Assembly (NCBI RefSeq): GCF_000010625.1
Contig: NC_010296.1
Location: forward strand, 1,590,001 to 1,622,000
DNA from: Microcystis aeruginosa NIES-843
GTDB taxonomy: Bacteria; Cyanobacteriota; Cyanobacteriia; Cyanobacteriales; Microcystaceae
Direction: 5' to 3'
DNA: 32,000 bases
The position numbers and the translations under genes were made by a program. Under the pieces are notes generated by a model. The model did not search any database. It was not told where the DNA came from and was given only the letters and a program-made list of their open reading frames with translations. The first letter of the stretch is position 1, and every line of letters begins with the position of its first letter. This document shows, piece by piece, positions 9,256 through 18,268 of this stretch.

Positions 9256-9476
9256 TTAAATAGGGTTTGCTGAAAAAGCTTTTCGGTGGTGGCAGGGTGT
9301 GGGGTGTGGGGTGTGGGGTTTTATCGATTTTCAGGTGGTCAAGTAGCTAATTTTCAGGGAAAAAGTCCAGGAATTTTCCCCCCGATCCCCGCAATGGCTG
9401 GCACTTTTTGAGGGGAAAAAAGTCCAAAAGTCTTATCCAACAAGGTTTTTAGATTTATTCAGCAGACCCTAAATAC
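9256..9476 (+). mobile_element. MITE copy 1 (about 220 bp), with termini TAAATAGGGTTTGCTGAA / TTCAGCAGACCCTAAATA
   Basis: Inverted termini are visible. The body recurs reverse-complemented at 22510-23528. The same terminus heads the IS5/IS1182-like fragment at 25141. It contains three GGGTGTG units. Confidence 0.7.
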
Positions 9477-9746
9477 AGTACAATTTGCCTCAAATTTTCC
9501 CTATGGGATGAATAAATGATGAGATGATGACATTGCGGACGGAAATATGAGGAGTTAGCGGAGATGAAAGCGTATATTGGAAATAGAGCCATCCCTAGAA
9601 AAGTGAGCCACTGTTATGAATTCTTTTGCGCTTCCCGTCTTTCTGCAATCAGGTTTAACCCTACTGGCATTTTTAGTGCTGGTTATCCTGATGGCCTAAA
9701 TTTTAATCCGTCTGTGACTTCGATCGAGCAGGGGACGATCGATAGC

Positions 9747-10907
9747 TCAGACTAGATTTTCATAGACGGTTAGCATCTCTTCAGCGATCGCTGACCAACT
9801 GTATTGATTTAAGACTAAATCCCTGGCATTTTTCCCTCGTTGTTGGCGAATTTCAGGATTAGTGATAGCCGTTGCCAAAGTATTAGTTAAATCCTCAAGC
9901 TGACAAGCTGTCACCCATCCCGCAGCCGCTGCTGCTACCGCAGGATATAGATCCACCCGGTCGGAGATAACCACGGGAATTCCGGCAGCCATAGCTTCTG
10001 CCACTGCGATGCCAAAATTTTCATAGTAGGAAGGTAAAACAAATAAATCGGCCCTAGCGAGGAGGTTATTTTTTACTTCTCCGGTCACAAATCCGGTAAT
10101 TGTTGTATTTTTGCCCAAGATTGACCGCTCGATCTGATTTTTAATGCGATTTTCGTACTCCCGATCCTGGGGATTGCCTCCTGCTAAGACAAAATGAAAA
10201 TCTAGGCCCTTTGCTAACAGACTTTCTAAACTGGGCAGCAATAAATCTAGACCTTTTTTCGGGTCAAGACGGGACATATAGAGGATGATCGGTTTATTTT
10301 GGGGAAGATCAAAACCGTTTACCGGTAGAGCTTGTGGGTCAAAAAAATCTACCCCTAGGGGGATGACAATATCCTTAGTTTTTATATTAAATCTTTCGGC
10401 GATTTGACACTCCTGCTGACTGGTAAAATGAACTGCCGCCGCCGCCGCTAAATTGGGTTTTTCCAGAAAATTGGCATATATTTGTTTAAGTTGCCGTTTT
10501 TTTTGCAAATCTGCCGGATCGAGGGTGCCTAGGGGACGGAGAATATAGGGCAGTTGACGGTAACGAGCGATCGAAGCCGATATACTGCTCACTGGGGAGA
10601 ATAAGGCATGAATATGGGCGATATCGTAATCTTTTGCCCTATTAGCCAACCAAGTAAACAGATCAAGGGAAAATTTATAGCGGCGAAAGGGAGAACAGCG
10701 AAAATAATAGATTTGATAGCCATTTTGACTAACAGGGACCCCTAAAGGCACATCTAGGGGTGCTTGTCCCGTGTCACCATTGGAATCGGTGGTAATAATA
10801 GTCACCTCTTGGCCTAGTTGGGCCAAGGCCGCTGACAAACCGAGTACCATTTGACTGGGGCCACCATAAACAAGGGAAATCGAAGGAACAATCTGAAGAA
10901 TTTTCAT
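9747..10907 (-). CDS. Glycosyltransferase family 4 (GT-B fold)
   Basis: MKILQIVPSISLVYGGPS N-terminus and the C-terminal EX7E-type region (PSYYENFGIAVAEAMAAGIPVV). Confidence 0.9.
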   Translation of the reverse strand: MKILQIVPSISLVYGGPSQMVLGLSAALAQLGQEVTIITTDSNGDTGQAPLDVPLGVPVSQNGYQIYYFRCSPFRRYKFSLDLFTWLANRAKDYDIAHIHALFSPVSSISASIARYRQLPYILRPLGTLDPADLQKKRQLKQIYANFLEKPNLAAAAAVHFTSQQECQIAERFNIKTKDIVIPLGVDFFDPQALPVNGFDLPQNKPIILYMSRLDPKKGLDLLLPSLESLLAKGLDFHFVLAGGNPQDREYENRIKNQIERSILGKNTTITGFVTGEVKNNLLARADLFVLPSYYENFGIAVAEAMAAGIPVVISDRVDLYPAVAAAAAGWVTACQLEDLTNTLATAITNPEIRQQRGKNARDLVLNQYSWSAIAEEMLTVYENLV

Positions 10908-11079
10908 CGAAAAATTGGGTCAGAAACCCCGTCGTTCTAGGTTGGCTTTACTGTTAAATACTAGCGCATTTGCACGATATATGCTAGAAAGTGCCACTTA
11001 GAGCGACTCTAAGACCAGAACAGAGTAAATCTGTTAAGGCAGCTGGGAAACCGCTCAAGAACCCCGAAGAGGATATCAA
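10904..11079 (+). mobile_element. Miniature deletion derivative of the tnpB element (left end fused to right-end/omega-RNA region)
   Basis: 10904-10990 aligns with 4189-4275 (TCATCGAAAA.TTGGGTC.GAAACCCCGTCGTTCTA...). 10999-11044 aligns with 5383-5428. It ends GAGGATATCAA, against GAGGATGTCAA in the full copy. Confidence 0.65.
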
Positions 11080-11158
11080 ATTCAGCTAGTTCGGAACAGG
11101 GAACGGTTGAAAACGAATATCAAATTTAGATGCACAATAGCTTATCCCTCTGATTTAC

Positions 11159-11366
11159 CAGTTATCAGTAAACAGTAAGCAGTTATCAGTGATGAGACGG
11201 GGAGTGGGTAGCATTTTCTGCTCAGTAAATGATAATCGGTCAAGGGTAAAAAGACAGCAAGAAACCGCCATTTAATAAGTAGGTCAGCCCCCCCCTTATT
11301 AAGGGGGGCAGGGGGGGATCACTTAATACTCAAATCTGATAACTGCTCACTGATAACTGCTCACTG
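11159..11366. repeat. Palindromic repeat unit: CAGTTATCAG-type arms around a C8-TTATTAA-G6 hairpin
   Basis: Left arm CAGTTATCAGTAAACAGTAAGCAGTTATCAG and right arm CTGATAACTGCTCACTGATAACTGCTCACTG are inverted. The central hairpin is at 11288-11308. The unit lies directly 3' of trpB. Confidence 0.5.
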
Positions 11367-11379
11367 AAAAGGCTAAAGG

Positions 11380-12657
11380 TTAACCATTCATCGATAAATA
11401 TTTAGCCACCGATTGCACATCTTTATCACCCCGTCCAGAGAAATTAATAACAATGCGAGGACTACCAGTTACTTGCGGGCAAAGAGTTTCTAAATAGGCT
11501 AAAGCGTGGGCAGTTTCTAGGGCCGGAATAATCCCTTCTAAACGGGAAACTCTTTGAAAAGCTTCTAATGCTTCCCGGTCAGTGACACTGTAATATTCGG
11601 CGCGACCACTATCTTTTAAAAAGCTATGTTCTGGCCCGACTCCGGGATAATCTAAACCGGCACTAATGGAGTGGGCCTCGATAACTTGACCTTCGCTATC
11701 TTGTAATAAATAACTCATTGCTCCATGTAGAACCCCCGGTTGACCTTGGGTAAGGGTGGCGGCGTGTTTTCCGGAAGCGATACTTTCCCCGGCGGCCTCA
11801 ACACCAATTAAACGCACGGAAGCTTCTTTAACAAACTCATGAAATAAACCCATAGCATTAGAACCACCCCCCACACAAGCGAGGAGAATATCCGGTAAAC
11901 CGCCCCATTTTTCCAGACTTTGCTGACGAGTTTCTTGACCGATAACCGCGTGAAAATCGCGCACCATCATCGGATAGGGATGGGGACCTGCCACAGAACC
12001 AAGGATGTAGTGAGTGGTTTCCACATTCGTTACCCAGTCGCGAATCGCTTCCGAGGTGGCATCTTTCAGGGTTCCTGTCCCGGCGGCCACGGGTTGCACC
12101 GTCGCCCCAAGCAGTCTCATGCGGAAAACATTGAGTTCCTGGCGTTCCATGTCGTGAATTCCCATATAAATCACGCATTCTAGACCAAAACGAGCGCAAA
12201 CCGTAGCGGTGGCCACGCCGTGCTGTCCTGCCCCGGTTTCGGCGATAATTCGCTTTTTACCCATGCGTTTGGCTAATAAAACCTGACCGAGGGCGTTATT
12301 AATCTTGTGGGCCCCGGTATGGTTTAAATCTTCCCGTTTCAGGTAAATTTGCGCCCCAGTGCCGTCAGCTTTGGCATAATGGGCGGTGAGACGTTCGGCA
12401 AAATATAAGGGACTGGGTCTACCGACGTAATCCTTGAGCAGTTGATTTAATTCTTCTTGAAAATCGGGGTCGTCTTGATACTGATTATAGGCCGTTTCTA
12501 GTTCACTTAAGGCTGGCATCAGGGTTTCCGGGACGTATTTGCCCCCGTAGCGTCCAAAACGCCCAAAAGCATCGGGATACTGGGTTGCTGTGCCGGCTGA
12601 GGCGGCATAAATCGGCGTGATAGTCATGTAAACCTTCGATGAGAGACCACGATCCAT
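11380..12657 (-). CDS. trpB: Tryptophan synthase beta chain
   Basis: [11 protein letters not shown] (PLP lysine) and GGGSNAMG, with strong full-length TrpB similarity. The start could instead be the ATG at 12627 (MTITPIY). Confidence 0.95.
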   Translation of the reverse strand: MDRGLSSKVYMTITPIYAASAGTATQYPDAFGRFGRYGGKYVPETLMPALSELETAYNQYQDDPDFQEELNQLLKDYVGRPSPLYFAERLTAHYAKADGTGAQIYLKREDLNHTGAHKINNALGQVLLAKRMGKKRIIAETGAGQHGVATATVCARFGLECVIYMGIHDMERQELNVFRMRLLGATVQPVAAGTGTLKDATSEAIRDWVTNVETTHYILGSVAGPHPYPMMVRDFHAVIGQETRQQSLEKWGGLPDILLACVGGGSNAMGLFHEFVKEASVRLIGVEAAGESIASGKHAATLTQGQPGVLHGAMSYLLQDSEGQVIEAHSISAGLDYPGVGPEHSFLKDSGRAEYYSVTDREALEAFQRVSRLEGIIPALETAHALAYLETLCPQVTGSPRIVINFSGRGDKDVQSVAKYLSMNG

Positions 12658-12729
12658 TATAAATCTAAGGGTTTAGTCTCTGGGTTAACCTGAGTTTCAG
12701 GGCAATCATCACCTAACCTACTTAATAAT

Positions 12730-12756
12730 CAAAGGGTGAGCATTGCCCACCCTTTG
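12730..12756 (-). terminator. Hairpin immediately 3' of the GH57 gene
   Basis: CAAAGGGTG-9 nt-CACCCTTTG, followed on the minus strand by AUUAUU. It is 8 nt after the stop at 12764. Confidence 0.4.
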
Positions 12757-12763
12757 ACTGATT

Positions 12764-15334
12764 TTACAGCCAAATACTCACATCAACTTTTAACACCTGT
12801 CCTAATAGTAATAACCATTTTAATTGAGTCATTGGCCAGGGACAGGCAGCATCTATGGAATTGGACTGCAAAGAATTAGGAACTAAACGATCATGGAAGT
12901 AATAATAGTATAATTCCTGAGAGCGATCGAGGGATAATCCTAGCTTTAATTGTTGGCTAACTTCAATTAAACGGGTGATTAGGCGAGTATCCTCCTCCGC
13001 CGTTAAAGGATCGCCATCGTGTAATAATTTCCCAAGAGATTGCCAGAGCAGACTTTCTAAGGTTTGACGCGCTTCGGGGATGTTTAATTGACAGTGTAAA
13101 TGATTGGCTTCCTTAGCAATAGCCAATAATTGATCGAGATTATTTTCCGTCGCTTGCCGCTGCTCAAAATCTTTTTCTAGGGCATTAATCACCTGTAAAC
13201 AACGGTGAGAAATGGCAATATCGGCCGCCACCTGTAACTCTTGAGGTACGGGAATCTCATCCCGTTGGAAAGCCGCTAAAATGCCGTAATTATCCCGATA
13301 AACTTGGGTGTATAATTGATCGAGACGTTTTTTAGTTTCTGCTGTCACTTTCTGCATTATCCGGTGTCTTTCATCGGCAAAAAGATGGGGTAAAGCAAAA
13401 AAGTTTTCTCCCAATCCGCGCCCCATTTCTACGATCATGGTCGAGACACTGGCCTGTTGTAAAGATTCAAAGAGATGATCCTTAAGATTGGTATAGATTA
13501 ACCGACCGTTAAAAGGTTGAATGCAGCAGTAAAAATCCCAACCTCCTAAATGTAGAACAGCAAAGACAAAATGTTCACTTTCTTGGGTAATTTCCGAGGT
13601 TAATTCCACCTGTCCCACTGCTAAAGTTAAAGACCCGATCGCTTGTTTTTGATAATCTAATTGACGGGTATTGTAACAATAAATCCGATGATGACTGGGA
13701 TAATTGGTAAATAGGGAACTAATAGCGTAATGGGCCGCCACCCGTTCCAAATCGACCCGCGCAGAAGTGACCAATTGTCGATAGACATCAGCCCCATCTT
13801 GATATAACTTAACGTTACTGGGAGCGAAGGCTAGACGACTGAGGAAATTCATTTCTAATTGAATTCCAGCCACTTCTCCAGCTAATTCCAGGGCCCGGCC
13901 AGCATATCTCAAAATTTGCGTGCCTTCAGGTCGAGAAATTTCCTCAAAAAACCAGCCACAACTGGTAAACATCAATAAAGCCTGTCTTTGCATTTCTAAT
14001 AAACGCAAAGCATCGATTTTCTCGCTTTTACTCAGGTGGCGACTTTGATGCAAAGCGAGGAAATGTTCGATCGCGTCTGGGGAGCGATCTAAAATAACTG
14101 CAATGTAGTCATCCCTTGTCTGCCAAGGATCGCGGAAAAATTCCTGTCCTTGAATCTCATAGACCTTAATTAACTCATCTCTGAGCCAATTTAGGGACTC
14201 CCGCAGGGGTTTACGCCATTTTTGCTGGTAATTTCCCCCTCCCCCGCAACCACAGTCATCCTGCCAACGATTTACGCCATGGACACAACTCCAAGCGGTC
14301 ACGGGTTTTAATTCCACTTCCCAAGTCGGGGGGCAAATACTGAGATAATGGGCGAAATTGGTGACTGTCCAGCCGTTTTTAGGGAAAGATTCCGTAAAAG
14401 CATAGCTAAGACACTTCTCTGTCCCCTGTTTGTGGTGGCCGAAGGTTTCCCCATCGGTAGCGACGCTGATTAACTGGGAGGGACGATGATCCCCTTTAAT
14501 TGCCTGTCCCAGACGACCGACGAGAAAATCACTGCTGGCTAGGACATCATTAAAGCCCATATCGCGAGAAATTGGACCATCGTAGAAGAAAATATCCAGA
14601 TAGCGACCATCGGGGATGTAACAGCGATAGGGACGGGTGGGATCGATTTGACCTCCGGCCACCGCGTGCCATTGGGGATGAGGATCCTGGTCGCTAGGGA
14701 AAGGACGACAGCGCAGGGCCTGGGAAGGGGCTAAAATGGTGAATTTAATCCCCTCATCGATTAAAGCTGTCACTGTGGCTAAATCAATGGCTGTTTCCGC
14801 TAACCACATTCCTTCGGGATCCCGGCCGAAACGGTGCTGAAAATCGGCTTTTCCCCAGCGAATTTGGGTGTATTTGTCCTGTTTGTTGGCTAGAGGCAGA
14901 ATGATATGATTATAGACCTGGGCGATGGCGTTACCATGACCGTTTAAGCGTTGACAACTTTTTTGATCCGCTGTCAGGATGCGTTGGTAAACTTCGGGAT
15001 CATGGGATTGCATCCATGACATGAGGGTGGCCCCGATGTTAAAGCTGAGATATTCGTAGTTATTAACTATTTTGATCACTTCCCCCCGGTCATTGTAAAT
15101 GCGCGCAAAAGCATTGGCACGATAACACTCGTGATGGATGCGTTCATTCCAATTATGGAAGGGATGGGCGCTCGGTTGCCGTTCAATTCTGTCTAGATAG
15201 GGATTTTCTCGCGGTGGTTGGTAAAAATGTCCGTGAACCGTGATATAAACTCCGTGAGCGGTTTTCAGGGGATCGACCCCCGTATCGGTATAGGAATAAA
15301 AGGTTGTAGAAGGATTTTCAACAAGATAAGTCAT
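12764..15334 (-). CDS. Glycoside hydrolase family 57 protein with a long C-terminal (DUF3536-like) extension
   Basis: HGHFYQPPRENP at the N-terminus, then WLAETA and ATDGETFGHH, which are GH57 signature regions. 856 aa. Confidence 0.9.
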   Translation of the reverse strand: MTYLVENPSTTFYSYTDTGVDPLKTAHGVYITVHGHFYQPPRENPYLDRIERQPSAHPFHNWNERIHHECYRANAFARIYNDRGEVIKIVNNYEYLSFNIGATLMSWMQSHDPEVYQRILTADQKSCQRLNGHGNAIAQVYNHIILPLANKQDKYTQIRWGKADFQHRFGRDPEGMWLAETAIDLATVTALIDEGIKFTILAPSQALRCRPFPSDQDPHPQWHAVAGGQIDPTRPYRCYIPDGRYLDIFFYDGPISRDMGFNDVLASSDFLVGRLGQAIKGDHRPSQLISVATDGETFGHHKQGTEKCLSYAFTESFPKNGWTVTNFAHYLSICPPTWEVELKPVTAWSCVHGVNRWQDDCGCGGGGNYQQKWRKPLRESLNWLRDELIKVYEIQGQEFFRDPWQTRDDYIAVILDRSPDAIEHFLALHQSRHLSKSEKIDALRLLEMQRQALLMFTSCGWFFEEISRPEGTQILRYAGRALELAGEVAGIQLEMNFLSRLAFAPSNVKLYQDGADVYRQLVTSARVDLERVAAHYAISSLFTNYPSHHRIYCYNTRQLDYQKQAIGSLTLAVGQVELTSEITQESEHFVFAVLHLGGWDFYCCIQPFNGRLIYTNLKDHLFESLQQASVSTMIVEMGRGLGENFFALPHLFADERHRIMQKVTAETKKRLDQLYTQVYRDNYGILAAFQRDEIPVPQELQVAADIAISHRCLQVINALEKDFEQRQATENNLDQLLAIAKEANHLHCQLNIPEARQTLESLLWQSLGKLLHDGDPLTAEEDTRLITRLIEVSQQLKLGLSLDRSQELYYYYFHDRLVPNSLQSNSIDAACPWPMTQLKWLLLLGQVLKVDVSIWL

Positions 15335-15606
15335 AGAAAGGCCTAGAAAATCGGTTTTTTTGAGCGAAAATAGCTGTAGAATGTAGCGACCTGATGTTTA
15401 AAAAAACTGAAAACTTGGCCGTCTTTCACGGCCTTGGGGTCACAATACCATGTTTTATTTTCCTAGCAAAGCTAAGGTTAACAATTCGCAACTTCTCTAT
15501 ACACAGCCCTAAGTAGGGTTTGCTGAAAAAGCTTTTCCTGGGTGTGGGGTGTCGGGTTTTAAGGGTGTTAGGGATATGCTGACAATAAATCCGGTTAAGT
15601 ACCTAA

Positions 15607-15689
15607 GCAAAATTAATTACACATATCTAACCACCTCTTGCCTCTTGCCTCTTGCCTCTTGCCTATCTTCACTAGGAAATTAATTTTGC
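15607..15689. repeat. Small palindromic element with internal heptamer array (CTCTTGC x4)
   Basis: Termini GCAAAATTAATT / AATTAATTTTGC. A homologous inverted copy lies at 31776-31849 and a solo end at about 2792-2812. Confidence 0.6.
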
Positions 15690-15868
15690 ACGACTACTTA
15701 TTAAAGACTGATTATTTATTCCCCCTTTTGCCTGTCCTGATCTGTAGCCTATACTCAACGGATTTAGTATAACCAACCATAAAATCGGCGATCGCCCTTG
15801 AAACCACAAGAAAATGGCGATCTCAGTTGATGTTCTTGCTTGACATATTACGCAAAACGGAATAGCAT

Positions 15869-16156
15869 TTGAATATGATTCAATCTTTCCGATGCAAGCA
15901 TACGCGATTACTTTTTGAAGGAGGATATCCGCCTCGTTTTCGCGGTTTCAAAGATACTGCTATTCGGAAGTTGACTCAATTAGATGCGGCTCAAACCTTA
16001 GAGTTTCTGCGCTCTCCACCAGGCAATCAACTTGGAGCTTTAAAAGGCGATAGAAAAGAACAATATAGTATTCGGATTAATTCTCAGTTTCGATTATGTT
16101 TTATCTGGACAAATAATGGACCTACTGATGTTGAAATTGTTGATTATCACTCATAA
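15869..16156 (+). CDS. higB: HigB-type toxin (plasmid maintenance system killer / RelE superfamily)
   Basis: MIQSFRCKHT...PPGNQLGALKGDRKEQYSIRINSQFRLCF...VEIVDYH is the canonical HigB pattern. It is followed 10 nt later by higA. Confidence 0.85.
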   Translation: MNMIQSFRCKHTRLLFEGGYPPRFRGFKDTAIRKLTQLDAAQTLEFLRSPPGNQLGALKGDRKEQYSIRINSQFRLCFIWTNNGPTDVEIVDYHS

Positions 16157-16166
16157 ATAATTAATT

Positions 16167-16481
16167 ATGAATAACCGTCCTATTAATCAAATGCGACCCG
16201 TTCACCCGGGAGAAATTCTGCGGGAAGATTTTTTGATTCCTCTAAATATGAGCGTGAATGCTTTAGCTTTAGCCTTGAAGGTTCCTGCATCTCGTATTCA
16301 TGAAATTGTTAAAGAACGTCGTTCTGTTTCGGCTGATACGGCAGCAAGATTAGCCCGCTATTTTGGCGGGGATGCTGCTTCCTGGCTCAATCTTCAAGTA
16401 ATTTATGATCTGAAGACTTTATCTAACCGTGAGGAGATTATTCAGCAAATTCAGCCCCGTATTTCCGAACAAATTGCCTGA
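16167..16481 (+). CDS. higA: HigA antitoxin (XRE-type HTH)
   Basis: HPGEILREDFL...NMSVNALALALKVPASRIHEIVKERRSVSADTAARLARYFG is the canonical HigA HTH. Confidence 0.9.
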   Translation: MNNRPINQMRPVHPGEILREDFLIPLNMSVNALALALKVPASRIHEIVKERRSVSADTAARLARYFGGDAASWLNLQVIYDLKTLSNREEIIQQIQPRISEQIA

Positions 16482-16667
16482 TTTTTAATTAGATTAAGTC
16501 CCAGAGATTAAAACACTTTCAAAAGGGTAAAAGGTACATGGGACGAACTCTACAAAATCGGCACTCGCTCCTGCTGCTGCCCAAAAAGCGATCGCTCTTT
16601 GCGCTCCTATCCCAAGCAATGGCAATTTTAAAGTTTAATCAAGAAGATGACGGCGATTACATTGAGC

Positions 16668-17123
16668 CTAGTCATAATGAAATTTACAACTGATAATAAT
16701 AATTTCTGTTTCTGTAATTTTATATACTAAGCGATGTTCATCATTAATGCGTCTTGACCAATAACCCTTGAGTTGATATTTTAACGGTTCGGGTTTACCG
16801 ATTCCAGAGAAAGGATGGCACAATATATCATCAATTAAATCAACGATTTTTGGCTCTTCGGTTTGTGTTATGCAATAAACGGAGGTTATAAGAGATGGAA
16901 CCCTTATAGAGAAAGGCATTTAGCGATTTTTGTCAATTATTTTTGATCTAGAGCGAACTAATCAATTAAGTCTCTTGCCAGATAAGGATTTAGTCTATTT
17001 ATGCCCCCCTATCGAACCATAACAAGTCCCGAAGAGCCCGATTTTTTTATAGAGTTTTTTGTTTTCTATCGACAATTCATTGAATTCTTTAAAAGCTTTC
17101 GGATCAAATACTATATTTTTCAC
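16668..17123 (-). pseudogene. yoeB: YoeB/Txe-family toxin gene split by a MITE
   Basis: Removing 16852-17038 plus one TSD copy joins 85 nt and 176 nt into an 87-codon frame: (GTG)MKNIVFDPKAFKEFNELSIENKKLYKKIVDLIDDILCHPFSGIGKPEPLKYQLKGYWSRRINDEHRLVYKITETEIIIISCKFHYD*. The annotated 83-aa ORF takes its first 31 codons from the MITE. Confidence 0.85.
16852..17038. mobile_element. 187-bp MITE with ISL3-type terminal inverted repeats and an 8-bp TSD
   Basis: Termini are GGCTCTTCGGTTTGTGTTATGC and, reverse-complemented, GGCTCTTCGGGACTTGTTATGG. A direct repeat CGATTTTT lies at 16844-16851 and 17039-17046. The termini resemble the right end of the ISL3 element at 26638 (GGCTCTTCGTTACCCTTTATGC). Confidence 0.85.
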
Positions 17124-17385
17124 TCCATTCTTTTGTGGTAATTGTCACTAAGTTTTCTTTATTTTCTATTCTGTCAATAGCTTCCGATAATTGACGCTGA
17201 TTGGCTTCTGTTGAAAGAAGATATTCGGTTGTATCGGGTTCAGAATCAGATACTAAAATAATAATATCCACATCTGTTCCTTCTTCTAGTTCCGCAGAAT
17301 AAAGCTCTATTTTTCCTTCTCTGCCAACAATTCCTTTCTGTTTAATCGCTCTAATCATGATTTTTTCTCTTAAGATGTCAAACAA
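17104..17385 (-). CDS. Putative antitoxin of the yoeB cassette (YefM/Phd-like C-terminal segment)
   Basis: TEYLLSTEANQRQLSEAIDRIENKENL resembles the YefM/Phd C-terminal toxin-binding part. Its stop overlaps the reconstructed toxin start. The N-terminus is atypical, and the start may be the ATG at 17358. Confidence 0.6.
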   Translation of the reverse strand: MFDILREKIMIRAIKQKGIVGREGKIELYSAELEEGTDVDIIILVSDSEPDTTEYLLSTEANQRQLSEAIDRIENKENLVTITTKEWSEKYSI

Positions 17386-17588
17386 TTATGGCTATTATAT
17401 CAAAATCAGCATGAGTTAGCACTGATGAAAAAAAAGTGATCGCCATTCCCCAAAAATTGATCCCTCCAAAAGCGATCGCCGTTCACCTCATCAAAAAGCG
17501 ATCACACCATGAGAAGAAAACCTGATCGCACTAAAGTCCAAAATAATCGCAAATCAGATAATTATTGTTAAAAAAACAATTTGGTACG

Positions 17589-17927
17589 TTACATTTCATT
17601 AGCGTACCCTACACGATCACCGACCATACTAACCGGTTGCTTGTCGAGGGCAATTTCAAATAAAAATTCAGGGGCAAAGTCTGCTCCGTTTGGCCATTCT
17701 ATTGTCCGACTATTTACATATACTTTTTGAAATAAGCTTTTATCTTTTAAGGGTTCAAAGATTTCTCCATACAATTCTTGTTCTAAATCTACAATCCCTT
17801 CTATTCCATTATTAAAGGTTAGCTTTAATTGATACTTATCCAGATATTTCACACAGATAACATGAAGAAATAGCTCCTTTTTAGGGAAGGGGATCGATTC
17901 TGTTAAGAGGTTTTCTTTGACGCGCAT
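17589..17927 (-). CDS. DUF2442 domain protein
   Basis: VICVKYLDKYQLKLTFNNGIEGIVDL...IEWPNGADFAPEFLF is the DUF2442 pattern. The start is uncertain (17927 or 17966). It overlaps the end of the DUF4160 gene, as is usual for this pair. Confidence 0.7.
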   Translation of the reverse strand: MRVKENLLTESIPFPKKELFLHVICVKYLDKYQLKLTFNNGIEGIVDLEQELYGEIFEPLKDKSLFQKVYVNSRTIEWPNGADFAPEFLFEIALDKQPVSMVGDRVGYANEM

Positions 17928-18138
17928 TTTCCCAGTTCTCCAATAGTTCAGATTGTTGTAGATCAAGCCACTCCCATATTAAATTTAATCCTCTTTTGGG
18001 CATTTGACCACAAACTTCACCTGTTTGAATCATTATAATCGCTTCATAATCTTGATACTCGGCATGGATATGAGGCGGATTGTGATCATTATAGTTCATT
18101 GTGATTTTGATTCCATAGAAGCTTGATAGATTAGGCAT
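17881..18138 (-). CDS. DUF4160 domain protein
   Basis: MPNLSSFYGIKITMNYNDHNPPHIHAEYQDYEA is the characteristic DUF4160 N-terminus. The listed 159-aa ORF is an upstream over-extension through repeat DNA. Confidence 0.8.
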   Translation of the reverse strand: MPNLSSFYGIKITMNYNDHNPPHIHAEYQDYEAIIMIQTGEVCGQMPKRGLNLIWEWLDLQQSELLENWENARQRKPLNRIDPLP

Positions 18139-18268
18139 GAGTAAGAATCGTAATAAAGGTTGCTTTCTAAAAGTTTGCCCCCTATTGTAAGCGATCGCCC
18201 TCATTCCCAAAAAACGATCGCACTTCCCATCATCAAAAAGCGATCGCACTACAAGATTAGCGATCACA

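Noticed and set aside
9564-9755. 63-aa plus-strand ORF
   Set aside because: It has no recognisable features, sits in the 3' flank of the glycosyltransferase gene and overlaps its end.
11858-12199. ORFs 11858-12199 (-) and 11920-12183 (+)
   Set aside because: They are alternative-frame or antisense ORFs inside the well-supported trpB gene.
15640-15668. Short tandem arrays (CTCTTGC x4 here; CCCCATCT x4 at 23652-23683; GGGTGTG x3 at 9295-9315) checked as possible CRISPR arrays
   Set aside because: The units are 7-8 nt with no spacers, far from the 25-40 nt repeat plus unique spacer architecture. No cas genes are present.
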